64,000 nt of DNA, taken from Candidatus Omnitrophica bacterium UBA6215 (GTDB taxonomy: Bacteria; Omnitrophota; Gorgyraeia; Pluralincolimonadales; Pluralincolimonadaceae). This document shows, piece after piece, positions 1 through 8,563 of the stretch. The stretch covers positions 16,827-80,826 of the forward strand of contig DISH01000006.1 in assembly GCA_002421665.1 (NCBI GenBank). The letters run 5' to 3'. The notes under the pieces are model-generated. The model worked only from the letters and a program-made list of their open reading frames with translations, did no database searches and was not told the DNA's origin. The first letter of the stretch is position 1. The number at the start of each line of letters is the position of its first letter. The position numbers were made by a program, and so were the translations under genes.

Positions 1-35
1 TTCCCGCTATAAGTATATCACGAAACGGGGTAAAA

Positions 36-602
36 TCAAGAGAGCGCGGCTATTGCCGACATTATCTTGTCCGTAAATTCCCTGCAACCGCTTGCGCCGC
101 CGGAAAATTTCAGCGGAGCTCCCGCAATTACTTCGATCGTATGCGGCCTCGGAAATACGGCGCCCCGAGGATAAGCCTCGAACGCCCCGCGTATCAGGCA
201 CGGTATGACGGGCACGCCGGATCCTTTAGCCATTACAGCCACGCCGTCTTTCGCTCCTTTGAGTTTGCCGTCAAAGCTCCTGCCGCCCTCCGGGAAAATA
301 CCAACCAGTTTACCCTCTTTCAATACGGAGATCGCTTTATCCACCGAACCGTTTACCCTGATCATTCCGGTTGCCCCGAACAGCGATCTAAGCCACCAGA
401 TATCATAGACGTCCTTCCTGACAACCCAGGCTATCTTCCTTGGAACGGCCGCGGACAGGATAATCGGGTCCAGATAGCTGGAATGGTTTGCGGCTATTAT
501 GGCTCCGCCTTCGGAGGGGATGTTCTCAAGTCCTCTCGCTTTAAGATTGAACAGGCCGCGGCACAGTAAGCAGCCGATAAAGCGCAGGAATATGTACAAC
601 AC
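36..602 (-). CDS. plsC: 1-acyl-sn-glycerol-3-phosphate acyltransferase (PlsC-family lysophospholipid acyltransferase)
   Basis: 188-aa ORF with the HXXXXD acyltransferase motif (NHSSYLD) and an FPEGGRS box. Confidence 0.8.
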   Translation of the reverse strand: MLYIFLRFIGCLLCRGLFNLKARGLENIPSEGGAIIAANHSSYLDPIILSAAVPRKIAWVVRKDVYDIWWLRSLFGATGMIRVNGSVDKAISVLKEGKLVGIFPEGGRSFDGKLKGAKDGVAVMAKGSGVPVIPCLIRGAFEAYPRGAVFPRPHTIEVIAGAPLKFSGGASGCREFTDKIMSAIAALS

Positions 603-607
603 GGGAA

Positions 608-988
608 TTAGTTGATTATCACCATCCTCTTGGCAAGGATGGAATTTATGTAGGAAGATATCTTGTTCTGATCTTGCTTCTTGATTTTATTGAAAAATAT
701 CGCTATGTTGCGGCAATCGGTCCCGGGGCAATCCTTCGCCGGTTCTGAACGCACCACTACCCCTTCTACATGTATCGGATGGGCCTTGGACCTTTCTTCG
801 GAGGGAAGCAGGAGGACTATCTTTACTTTTGACAAAAGAGGGAAATAACCTTCTACCTGGCAAAAAACTCCTGAACAGCTTATGTTCTTGGTGACACTTA
901 TGGCATCAAAACTCTCATCTTTAATCTTGAGAGGTATCTTCTCTTCTATGCGCGGCTGTCTTCTCCGCTCTACTTTTGGCCTTGGCAT
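608..988 (-). CDS. PilZ-domain protein (c-di-GMP receptor), paralogue A
   Basis: 126 aa; RxxxR (RRQPR) and N.S..G (NISCSG) PilZ signature motifs. Confidence 0.65.
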   Translation of the reverse strand: MPRPKVERRRQPRIEEKIPLKIKDESFDAISVTKNISCSGVFCQVEGYFPLLSKVKIVLLLPSEERSKAHPIHVEGVVVRSEPAKDCPGTDCRNIAIFFNKIKKQDQNKISSYINSILAKRMVIIN

Positions 989-991
989 ATA

Positions 992-1378
992 TTATTTATT
1001 GCGAGGTTCCGTACTCTGCCCTATCTGTTGTTCCACCCATTCCTTATAAACATGGTCCAGTATACGGTTCCTGTCGAACGGCGACATCTGCGTGAACTTT
1101 ATGCCCCCGTTGGACTCGGTGTTCATCTCCGGCTTGTCAGTCTTATCTACCCAAACCAAGTCGCCCTTTGCGTAGACAGGAGCGGTATCTTCGGGAATCC
1201 TCAACTTTATCTCAAGCTCTGTCCCGGGGACCAGTTTGCTATTCACGGAGATCTGCATCCCTTCGCGGCTTAAGTTTCTTGTCACGGAGATGCCTTCTAT
1301 CGGGGCGCCGTTACCGGGAACCATATACTCCACTTCTATGGTCACATCGAAACGCATGAACTTTCTCTTCTCGCTCAT
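992..1378 (-). CDS. PilZ-domain protein, paralogue B
   Basis: 128 aa; RKFMR (RxxxR) and NLSREG (N.S..G) motifs; 3 nt after paralogue A. Confidence 0.65.
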   Translation of the reverse strand: MSEKRKFMRFDVTIEVEYMVPGNGAPIEGISVTRNLSREGMQISVNSKLVPGTELEIKLRIPEDTAPVYAKGDLVWVDKTDKPEMNTESNGGIKFTQMSPFDRNRILDHVYKEWVEQQIGQSTEPRNK

Positions 1379-1473
1379 CCCCTCACCCCCTCTTTTGCTT
1401 GGCCAGGTTACCTATACCTCCTTATTTTTGATTATATTATCCGCTCCGAAAAATAAAAAGTCAATTGTTTATT

Positions 1474-1836
1474 TCAGTATTCCAGCAATTCCTCTATTAT
1501 GCGCTTAAGCCTTGCCTTATCTTCGTCGGTCATATTCCTGAATTCGATACCGGTATCGAATTGGCTTGATTTCTTCTTCAGGTACTCGCTCCGGCGGACG
1601 GACCAGGCTACTTTACCTTCACAACCGATAGGCATGGGACCATCCGGCAGGAAGAGCTCTATTTCAACGGGGGTATGCTTAAGGAGGGCTTTTTCCAGTA
1701 TCACGCAAGTGCCGCCGGCTGATATATTCTCGGTTTGGGTCCTGAACACAAGGCTGGTCTCCTTTTTTTTGACAATAACAACACATTCAAAGGCGACCCT
1801 TATCGATCTTCTAGTATCTATCCCACTCCAACCCAT
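1474..1836 (-). CDS. PilZ-domain protein, paralogue C
   Basis: 120 aa; RRSIR and NISAGG motifs; third tandem copy. Confidence 0.65.
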   Translation of the reverse strand: MGWSGIDTRRSIRVAFECVVIVKKKETSLVFRTQTENISAGGTCVILEKALLKHTPVEIELFLPDGPMPIGCEGKVAWSVRRSEYLKKKSSQFDTGIEFRNMTDEDKARLKRIIEELLEY

Positions 1837-1898
1837 TTTTGATTACCTTTATCATTATTATACCTTTTAAAGGGAACTTTACAATAATATTTTTTATT

Positions 1899-1927
1899 TT
1901 GACAAGTTTTCCCCCCGATGATAGAAT
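1899..1927 (+). promoter_or_regulatory. sigma70-type promoter (TTGACA-N17-TAGAAT) for the exeA/gspB-like operon
   Basis: TTGACA at 1899-1904, 17-nt spacer, TAGAAT at 1922-1927; about 45 nt upstream of the TTG start at 1974; sits in the divergent intergenic region. Confidence 0.6.
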
Positions 1928-1973
1928 AACAGTGAAAATCACCTGTTTTTTACATTTTTGGAGGCCCTCTTAA

Positions 1974-2789
1974 TTGTACGAAAGCTTTTATGGGCTAAAA
2001 GAAAGACCTTTCAACGTAACCGCTGATCCCAGTTTTCTCTTCTTCAGCAAGAAACACCGTGAGGCGTTCGAACATTTAATTTACGGAATCAGGGAGAGAC
2101 GCGGATTTCTTGAAATAACCGGAGAGATAGGTACGGGCAAGACGACTTTGTGCCGCGCCCTCATAGGACAGCTCGATTCCAATACAAAAACCGCTTTCAT
2201 ACTCAACTCCAATTTGCCTGAAACCCAGCTGCTTTCCGCGATAATAGATGACCTTGGGATCACCGCCAAACCAAAGACCAAGGTCAACCTCCTGAATGAA
2301 CTCAACAGGTTCCTTATCGAACAGCTTAAAGCGGGTTCGAACGTCGTGCTCATAATTGACGAGGCCCAGAACCTGAGGGCGGCCCAGCTTGAACAGATAA
2401 GACTGCTTTCCAACCTCGAGACAGACAAGGATAAACTTATACAAATAGTACTTGTCGGGCAGCCTGAGTTGAGAGATAAGCTGGATTCCCCGGGTCTTGA
2501 GCAACTCAGGCAAAGGATCTCGGTAAGATACCACATCCTGCCCCTCGACAGGACAGAGATAGGCGACTATATATTCCACAGGCTTTCGGTCGCGGGTTCG
2601 GATGGCAGCATAAAATTCAGCCCCGACGCGATAAGCGAGATATACGCGTATTCGGGAGGCGTCCCCCGGCTTATCAATCTTGTATGCGACAGGACATTAC
2701 TTTTGGGTTTCACCATGGAGACAAAGGACATCACGATGGATATGGTAAAAAGGTCTATCGAAGAGATCGAGGGATACGTAAAAATATGA
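1974..2789 (+). CDS. ExeA/GspA/MshM-like AAA+ ATPase (short form without a peptidoglycan-binding domain)
   Basis: 271 aa; N-terminal YGLKERPF signature; Walker A GEIGTGKTT; Walker B LIIDEAQ. TTG is the only in-frame start after the upstream TAA (ggagg 14 nt upstream). Confidence 0.75.
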   Translation: MYESFYGLKERPFNVTADPSFLFFSKKHREAFEHLIYGIRERRGFLEITGEIGTGKTTLCRALIGQLDSNTKTAFILNSNLPETQLLSAIIDDLGITAKPKTKVNLLNELNRFLIEQLKAGSNVVLIIDEAQNLRAAQLEQIRLLSNLETDKDKLIQIVLVGQPELRDKLDSPGLEQLRQRISVRYHILPLDRTEIGDYIFHRLSVAGSDGSIKFSPDAISEIYAYSGGVPRLINLVCDRTLLLGFTMETKDITMDMVKRSIEEIEGYVKI

Positions 2790-3277
2790 GCATAATCCTT
2801 GAAGCTTTGAAAAAGGCATCCGACAAACCGCCTGCTGCTCCGGAGATAAACGACAACTTGCCGCCTGAGGTGCACGATGCGCACAACTTGAGCGACTTCA
2901 AGATCTCCAGGTCTTTCGCCCTGATGGCTTTGGTCGTCCTGGCGGTGGGTTCGGTCACGTTCTTCTCAGGCGCCCTCAAGAAAGATATATCAATGAAGGC
3001 TGAAGGCTATAGCGCTGCGCCTGCAACCCAGGCCGCCATAGAGCCTACGAGACAGGAAAAGACCCCTATAAGCAACCTCATAACCAAGCTCTCATCTCCC
3101 CGTGTTACGCTAAACGGCATAGTATTCGGGATAGGGAAGCCGGCGGCAATAATCGAGAATAAGATAGTCGAAGAAGGCGCGTCGGTAAATGGGATGAAAG
3201 TGGTCAAGATCTACAGCGATAAGGTAGAAATGGTAGAAGAGACCACAGGGAAGCCCTTTACGCTAAAATTGAATTAG
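2786..3277 (+). CDS. GspB/ExeB-like (PilP-like) membrane protein
   Basis: ATGA start/stop overlap with the upstream ATPase; one TM segment (ALMALVVLAVGSV); the C-terminal domain LNGIVFGIGKPAAIIENKIVEEGASVNGMKVVKI resembles GspB/GspC/PilP-type secretin-interaction domains. Confidence 0.5.
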   Translation: MSIILEALKKASDKPPAAPEINDNLPPEVHDAHNLSDFKISRSFALMALVVLAVGSVTFFSGALKKDISMKAEGYSAAPATQAAIEPTRQEKTPISNLITKLSSPRVTLNGIVFGIGKPAAIIENKIVEEGASVNGMKVVKIYSDKVEMVEETTGKPFTLKLN

Positions 3278-3783
3278 CGCTTCTTCTGGCTCGCCTTTTT
3301 AACGTTCTTTACGCTCTTCTTTGCGGGTTCCGAGACCTTCTGTACTGCGGGTTTGTTGCTTTCTTTGTGGCTCACCTTTGAAACAAAAAACTTGAACGTA
3401 AGGACTATTATCGCGGCCGCCGCAATAAGCACGACCACAGAACCGATTATTACCAGATGCCGGGTCTTAAGGAGCGGGGGCCTAAACCATATATCGGATC
3501 TATCGAGGGATTCCTTTTCCTTCTTAAGCCTTCCGACCTCTCCCTGCAGGCGCTTGAACTCCGTCTTGAGCCCGTCGAGCTCGGCCGTTAATTCTTTCCT
3601 GGCTTTATCATCGATCTTCTCTTTTATCTGGTACTCCTCCCTCTCATTTGCGATAAAGGAGGAATCCATGACCTCTACCCTTTCCTCGTCTTTAAGGTAT
3701 TCCCCGTAAAGCTGCTTCTGGATCTCCTTTTCGGAAAGATTCTTAAGGTTCTTTTCTTTATCGGGTCTTTTGCCGAACAGCAT
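3274..3783 (-). CDS. hypothetical coiled-coil membrane protein with a basic C-terminal tail
   Basis: 169 aa; heptad-rich N-terminal half, one TM helix (LVIIGSVVVLIAAAAIIVL), K-rich tail; 3' end overlaps the convergent gspB-like gene by 4 nt. Confidence 0.4.
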   Translation of the reverse strand: MLFGKRPDKEKNLKNLSEKEIQKQLYGEYLKDEERVEVMDSSFIANEREEYQIKEKIDDKARKELTAELDGLKTEFKRLQGEVGRLKKEKESLDRSDIWFRPPLLKTRHLVIIGSVVVLIAAAAIIVLTFKFFVSKVSHKESNKPAVQKVSEPAKKSVKNVKKASQKKR

Positions 3784-3791
3784 TTATCTCC

Positions 3792-4247
3792 TTAAAGGTT
3801 CATGGAAAATCTTATCATCTTGACGTCGCCGACCGAGACCTTCTCTTTCTCCTTAAAACCCCTGGTCACGCACAGGTTCATCGCGCTTTTCATGGTATTG
3901 GCCGCATGAAAAACGACTTCGTGATACCCTTTCTTACGGCAATAATCCACGGCCCTGTCAAGAAGCAGGCCGCCGTAACCGTTCTTGCGCACTGTGCCGT
4001 CTACGAAAAGCCTGCGTATTATCGCCGTCTTCACGGATTCTTCTTTTACGGCCACCGTCCCGATGATCTTACCGGAGTCGTCCAGGACGAAGAAAGCGTC
4101 CCTTTTCCCTCCGTAAGACTTATCTATGGAATCAAGATCGCAATACCTGTAGGCCTTATCCTCAATGGCGAATTCGCGCCCGAGTATACCGGAGATAAGC
4201 TTCTTGACCTGGCCCTGATCTTTCTTTGTGTACCCTCTTATCTGCAT
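3792..4247 (-). CDS. GNAT-family N-acetyltransferase
   Basis: 151 aa; acetyl-CoA binding-like motif RRLFVDGTVRKNGYGGLLL. Confidence 0.6.
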   Translation of the reverse strand: MQIRGYTKKDQGQVKKLISGILGREFAIEDKAYRYCDLDSIDKSYGGKRDAFFVLDDSGKIIGTVAVKEESVKTAIIRRLFVDGTVRKNGYGGLLLDRAVDYCRKKGYHEVVFHAANTMKSAMNLCVTRGFKEKEKVSVGDVKMIRFSMNL

Positions 4248-4265
4248 GGAAAGATTTTACTTCCG

Positions 4266-4985
4266 CTAAAGGGATTTGTCAAGCAACCCTTCCCCTACGA
4301 GGGCATTGTAAGCGGCATTCTGTTCCGCGGCTTTCTTGTTCTTGCCTTTGCCCTGGCCGCGGGGCAGACCCCCGTAACAGACCTCTATCTCAAAATGTTT
4401 CTTGTGCTCGGGGCCTTCCTCGGAAACAACGATATAGTGCGGGGTGGTCTTGTAGGTCTTGGAAGTATATTCCTGGAGTATGGATTTATAATCTTTCCTG
4501 GCGCCGCCTTGCTTTATCTTCCTGAACTCAGGCCTGAACTGTGAATCTATGAATGATCCGGCTTTTTTGAAGCCCCCGTCGACATATATGGCGCCTATAA
4601 GGGCCTCGTATGCGCAGACCAGGTTCCTCGACTGCTCGGCTCCGCCGCTGGCCGATTCGCCCTTGCCAAAAAGCACATACTTCCCGATCGCCAGTTTCCT
4701 GGCGAGAGATTCAAGGGTCTGCCTGTTTACCAGCAGCGATCTGATCCTTGTCATCTCGCCTTCAAGGCATTCGGGGAAATACTTGTAGATGTAAGCGCTG
4801 ACCGCAAAGCCGAGCACCGCATCACCCAGGAACTCGAGCCTCTCGTTATCGGCCTTCTTCTTCGGCTGCTCATAGGCATAGGACCTGTGCGTCAACGACT
4901 GGTCCAACAGCCTCTTGTTCCTGAATTCATACTTGAGCAGTTTTTGTAACCTGCTTAGCTGGTCGGATCTTGATAAATTTTTCAT
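4266..4985 (-). CDS. rnc: ribonuclease III
   Basis: 239 aa; RNase III signature ERLEFLGDAVLG; C-terminal dsRBD. Confidence 0.9.
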   Translation of the reverse strand: MKNLSRSDQLSRLQKLLKYEFRNKRLLDQSLTHRSYAYEQPKKKADNERLEFLGDAVLGFAVSAYIYKYFPECLEGEMTRIRSLLVNRQTLESLARKLAIGKYVLFGKGESASGGAEQSRNLVCAYEALIGAIYVDGGFKKAGSFIDSQFRPEFRKIKQGGARKDYKSILQEYTSKTYKTTPHYIVVSEEGPEHKKHFEIEVCYGGLPRGQGKGKNKKAAEQNAAYNALVGEGLLDKSL

Positions 4986-4993
4986 AAAAGGGA

Positions 4994-6085
4994 TTAACTA
5001 GAAAGCTTTTCTATCTCCCTGCGGATAAGTATTTCGGGGATATTCTCTTTTACCGTTACCCTGCCGATACCCGTTGGCAGTACGAACCTGTTGACTCCAT
5101 GTATGAATTTCTTGTCATAGGAAAGGGATTCCATTATCTCCCCTGCCTTTGACCCGGACAGCCTGAACGGAAGGCCCAGGCCCCTGATGGCCTTTTCTAT
5201 CCTGAAAAGGTCGCTGCCTTTCAGCAAACCGATTTCATGCGATATACGCGCGGCTGCTATCATGCCTAACGCCACAGCTTCGCCATGGGAATACTTGTTC
5301 GAATATCCCCAGGCGGATTCAATGGCGTGGCCTATCGTGTGCCCGTAATTAAGGATAGTCCTTAGCGACCTCTTCTCCTTTTCGTCCCTGGAGACGATCT
5401 CCGCCTTGATCGCGGCGCATCTCCTGACTATAGAAGTCAGTACCTTTGGATCGCGGGAGGTCACTTTCCTGCTGCCGGATTCAAGCAGGCGGAAAAGGGC
5501 TTTATCTTTTATTACGGCATACTTGATGACTTCGGCAAGCCCTGAAGTAAAATCACGGCCGGAGAGATGCTTGAGGAACCTGATATCCGCCAAAACGGCT
5601 TTGGGCTGGTAAAAAGCACCTACAAGGTTCTTTCCCTCAGGCAGGTCTACCGCCACTTTTCCCCCTATGGAAGAATCTACCTGGGCTAAGAGAGTGGTCG
5701 GGACCTGGATATAGGGTATGCCCCTCCTGTAAGCCGAGGCGGCGAAGCCGGCAACATCACCCACTACTCCTCCCCCTAACGCGGCCACAAAAAGCCTCTT
5801 GCCTTTTCCGTCCATTGCGGAAAGGGCCTTTAAAAGCTTTGCCGCTTCTTTCAGCGACTTAGCCTTCTCCGAATCAGGCACTTCGATAAAGACAGTCCTG
5901 GCGCCTGATCCTTTCAGGAGGGATTCCAGCTCCCTGCCGAAAAGTGCCCTTACCTTCCTGTTGGTTACAATGGCGGCATCTGTGCCGAGATTGAGCTTCC
6001 TTATCTCTTGCCGGAATGAAGACAAAGACTTCCCGACAAGGATCTTGTAGCTGCGGTCGCCCAAACGGACCATGATGGGATCCAT
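4994..6085 (-). CDS. aroB: 3-dehydroquinate synthase
   Basis: 363 aa; NAD-binding GGGVVGDVAGFAAS and metal-binding His motifs typical of AroB. Confidence 0.85.
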   Translation of the reverse strand: MDPIMVRLGDRSYKILVGKSLSSFRQEIRKLNLGTDAAIVTNRKVRALFGRELESLLKGSGARTVFIEVPDSEKAKSLKEAAKLLKALSAMDGKGKRLFVAALGGGVVGDVAGFAASAYRRGIPYIQVPTTLLAQVDSSIGGKVAVDLPEGKNLVGAFYQPKAVLADIRFLKHLSGRDFTSGLAEVIKYAVIKDKALFRLLESGSRKVTSRDPKVLTSIVRRCAAIKAEIVSRDEKEKRSLRTILNYGHTIGHAIESAWGYSNKYSHGEAVALGMIAAARISHEIGLLKGSDLFRIEKAIRGLGLPFRLSGSKAGEIMESLSYDKKFIHGVNRFVLPTGIGRVTVKENIPEILIRREIEKLSS

Positions 6086-6100
6086 GATATCACCTTGGGG

Positions 6101-6313
6101 TTAAAGTTTAACTACGTTCGAAGCCTGATCGCCTTTTTCGGTGCGCGCTATCTGGAACTTCACTTTCTGTCCCTCCGAAAGGGTCTTGTACCCTTCCCCG
6201 GTGATAGCTGTGTGGTGGACGAAGACATCTTTTCCGCCGTTATCAGGAGTTATGAAGCCGTAGCCTTTCTGGTTGGAGAACCACTTTACTACTCCGGTCA
6301 ACTCTTCAGCCAT
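6101..6313 (-). CDS. cspA: cold-shock protein (CspA family)
   Basis: 70 aa; [15 protein letters not shown] and VFVHH RNP motifs. Confidence 0.9.
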   Translation of the reverse strand: MAEELTGVVKWFSNQKGYGFITPDNGGKDVFVHHTAITGEGYKTLSEGQKVKFQIARTEKGDQASNVVKL

Positions 6314-6343
6314 TTTATCTTTTCACCTCCTCTCCTGTATTAA

Positions 6344-6967
6344 TTATACGCCTATTATCCTGGCAAGGATCGCAACTAAAGGAACTACGATCCTGTCCAG
6401 CAGGCCCATCCAAATAAGAACAAAAAGTATTATAAAACCATAGGGTTCTATGCTCATATACCTTATGGCCATACGGGGCGGCAGCAGGCCGAACAATATC
6501 CTCGAACCGTCCAGCGGCGGTATAGGTATAAGGTTGAAAGCCGCGAGTACCAGGTTTATCAGTATTGAACTGAAAAATATCTCCGCGACCAGGGGTGAAT
6601 GTAATAAAGGCAGTAACCTGAATATGGAGGCAAGTATAAAAGCGAAGATTATATTTGCCATGGGTCCTGCCAGGCCGACCTTCATTATGCCGCTCTTCGG
6701 GTCGCGCAATCCCATAAAATTGATCGGGACGGGTTTTGCCCAGCCTATCACGACCGGCGAATGCATCAATATAAGCATCAACGGAAGCAATATGGTCCCG
6801 AACGGGTCTATATGAGAGACCGGGTTCAGGGTAAGCCTTCCGGAAAATTTCGCGGTAGGATCTCCGAGTTTATAGGCCACCCAGCCATGGGCCACCTCGT
6901 GTATTACCATGGCAAAGAGAAAGATCGGTATGCTTATCAACACTCCGGCGAGACTGCCGCTCATCAT
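6344..6967 (-). CDS. site-2 protease family (peptidase M50) intramembrane metalloprotease
   Basis: 207 aa polytopic; HEVAHG zinc motif inside a TM helix. Confidence 0.7.
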   Translation of the reverse strand: MMSGSLAGVLISIPIFLFAMVIHEVAHGWVAYKLGDPTAKFSGRLTLNPVSHIDPFGTILLPLMLILMHSPVVIGWAKPVPINFMGLRDPKSGIMKVGLAGPMANIIFAFILASIFRLLPLLHSPLVAEIFFSSILINLVLAAFNLIPIPPLDGSRILFGLLPPRMAIRYMSIEPYGFIILFVLIWMGLLDRIVVPLVAILARIIGV

Positions 6968-7293
6968 GATACAGGACTGCCTATTTTTATCTCCCTTTCG
7001 GGAACCAGGATCGCAAGAGATTGCCCGTCCTTTGTAGCAAGGAGCATCCCGTTGGAAGCGACGCCGCGTATTACCGCGGGCTCGAGGTTATCGATTATCA
7101 CGATCGATCTGCCTGTAAGCTCCTCCGGCTTGTAATGCTGCCTTATACCGGCGACTATCGTCTTCTCGGATTCACCCGTAGTTATCGTAAGGACATACAA
7201 CTTATCGGCATTCGGGTGCTCCTCCACCTTAAGCACCTTCGCGATCCTTATATCAAGCTTCTTAAAATCCTCGAATTTGACGTATTCTGCCAT
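6964..7293 (-). CDS. csaA: tRNA-binding protein (CsaA/Trbp111-like OB fold)
   Basis: 109 aa; KLDIRIAKVL...HPNADKLYV...GMLLA pattern of the Myf/EMAP tRNA-binding domain. Confidence 0.7.
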   Translation of the reverse strand: MAEYVKFEDFKKLDIRIAKVLKVEEHPNADKLYVLTITTGESEKTIVAGIRQHYKPEELTGRSIVIIDNLEPAVIRGVASNGMLLATKDGQSLAILVPEREIKIGSPVS

Positions 7294-8273
7294 TATTCTA
7301 TTATCTGTACGGCATCCGCCTCGTAAAGTGCCGTCCCTCTGACATCCTTCTTTACTCCCCAGATATTCACGGGCAAGTTTACGTACCTGCCGAGGTCTTC
7401 TTTGGGGCTGGTGACATATCCGGTGAACTTCCCGTCCTTTACTATCTTATATCCGCTCAACCGTCCCGATATCCTCCCGACATTCAAAAGCACCCCGCTG
7501 GCTACAGGAGTTTCGCCCGGCCTGGGAGAGGATATGTTCTTTATCTTCGCGTCATATTCCTGTTTGGCCTTAAGGTGTTCTATCTCTGCGATCTTTAGCT
7601 TTATCTCTTCTGCCCGAAGCGCAGCCTGCTGCCCTTCGGGAGTATCTTTGTTCTCAACGGCGAATTTCGCATATTCGTCCAGGAGCCACTTAAGCTCGAT
7701 CTCCCTCAACGGCTTCTTCAACTCGTTCTTATAGTCCTCTTCCAGTTGCGAAAGACTTTCATAAAGGGAAATGTCTTTCTTTACGCAGGGCTCCCCCTCT
7801 TTCTTTATATAATCCGAATAGATCCACCCGTAAGAACCTTTAGGCGCGGCTATTTCATACCAGTCAAGGTACTCCTTCAATATCTTGACCGTGACGTCCT
7901 TGTTCAACTTGCCTACTACCGAAGAGGAGACGGTAGCGGCTGTCCTCAGCAGGGCGTTGTTCTCCGACACGGTCCCTACGCCGTCCATGCTTGTGACATT
8001 TGCCTTATTGATGTAAACGGGCGCTTTCGAGGGAAGTTCTATCATGAACCACTTGCCTTTCTTGCCCGCAACTTCAACACTTTCGCCTTTCTTGAGCTGG
8101 CAAAGTATCTCTGAAGAGGTGACCGCCGAAGCCCGTACATTGACCCTGTCGCCCGATATCTGCCCCGTAAAGTTTTCCGGCGTCACCGGTTCTTCTGCGG
8201 CATGGGCAAAAAAAGCAAAAACCAGGCATATCGAGGTGATTACGAATAGCCTGGTATCTATAACCGTTCTCAT
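7293..8273 (-). CDS. secreted protein with two bacterial SH3 (SH3b) domains and a C-terminal coiled-coil
   Basis: 326 aa; signal peptide; two VNVRA...S...GW-type SH3b repeats; K/E-rich coiled-coil. Confidence 0.5.
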   Translation of the reverse strand: MRTVIDTRLFVITSICLVFAFFAHAAEEPVTPENFTGQISGDRVNVRASAVTSSEILCQLKKGESVEVAGKKGKWFMIELPSKAPVYINKANVTSMDGVGTVSENNALLRTAATVSSSVVGKLNKDVTVKILKEYLDWYEIAAPKGSYGWIYSDYIKKEGEPCVKKDISLYESLSQLEEDYKNELKKPLREIELKWLLDEYAKFAVENKDTPEGQQAALRAEEIKLKIAEIEHLKAKQEYDAKIKNISSPRPGETPVASGVLLNVGRISGRLSGYKIVKDGKFTGYVTSPKEDLGRYVNLPVNIWGVKKDVRGTALYEADAVQIIE

Positions 8274-8275
8274 GC

Positions 8276-8551
8276 TTACTTAGCCTTAGGTTGTTCCTTC
8301 TTCGCGGGAGCAGCGGCAGCAGGAGCAGCAGGAGTTGTACCCGCAGCCGCGGCGCCTTCAGCAGCCTTAGCCTCGGTCTTCTCCTTCTTGACCTTGATCT
8401 TCAAGGACTTAACCTTTGGAAGCCCGAATACCGATTCCTCTTCCTTCCATTTATCCTTCTCGGCGAGCATCTTTATACGCTCGAACCTCTTGAATACTGA
8501 CCTATGGCCCTTGCCTTTAGAAGGGCGCAAACTCGGGTGTATCGACATCAT
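8276..8551 (-). CDS. small basic protein with a histone-H1-like Lys/Ala-rich tail (function unknown)
   Basis: 91 aa; N-terminal HPSLRPSKGKGHRSVFKRFERIK; C-terminal AKAAEGAAAAGTTPAAPAAAAPAKKEQPKAK. Confidence 0.4.
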   Translation of the reverse strand: MMSIHPSLRPSKGKGHRSVFKRFERIKMLAEKDKWKEEESVFGLPKVKSLKIKVKKEKTEAKAAEGAAAAGTTPAAPAAAAPAKKEQPKAK

Positions 8552-8563
8552 ACTCTCCTTTTT

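Noticed and set aside
8276-8551. The 91-aa basic ORF as a ribosomal protein (bS21, bTHX, bL31-like)
   Set aside because: The sequence does not match any r-protein family I know. bS21 is separately present at 29993-30181. I kept it as a hypothetical H1-like protein.
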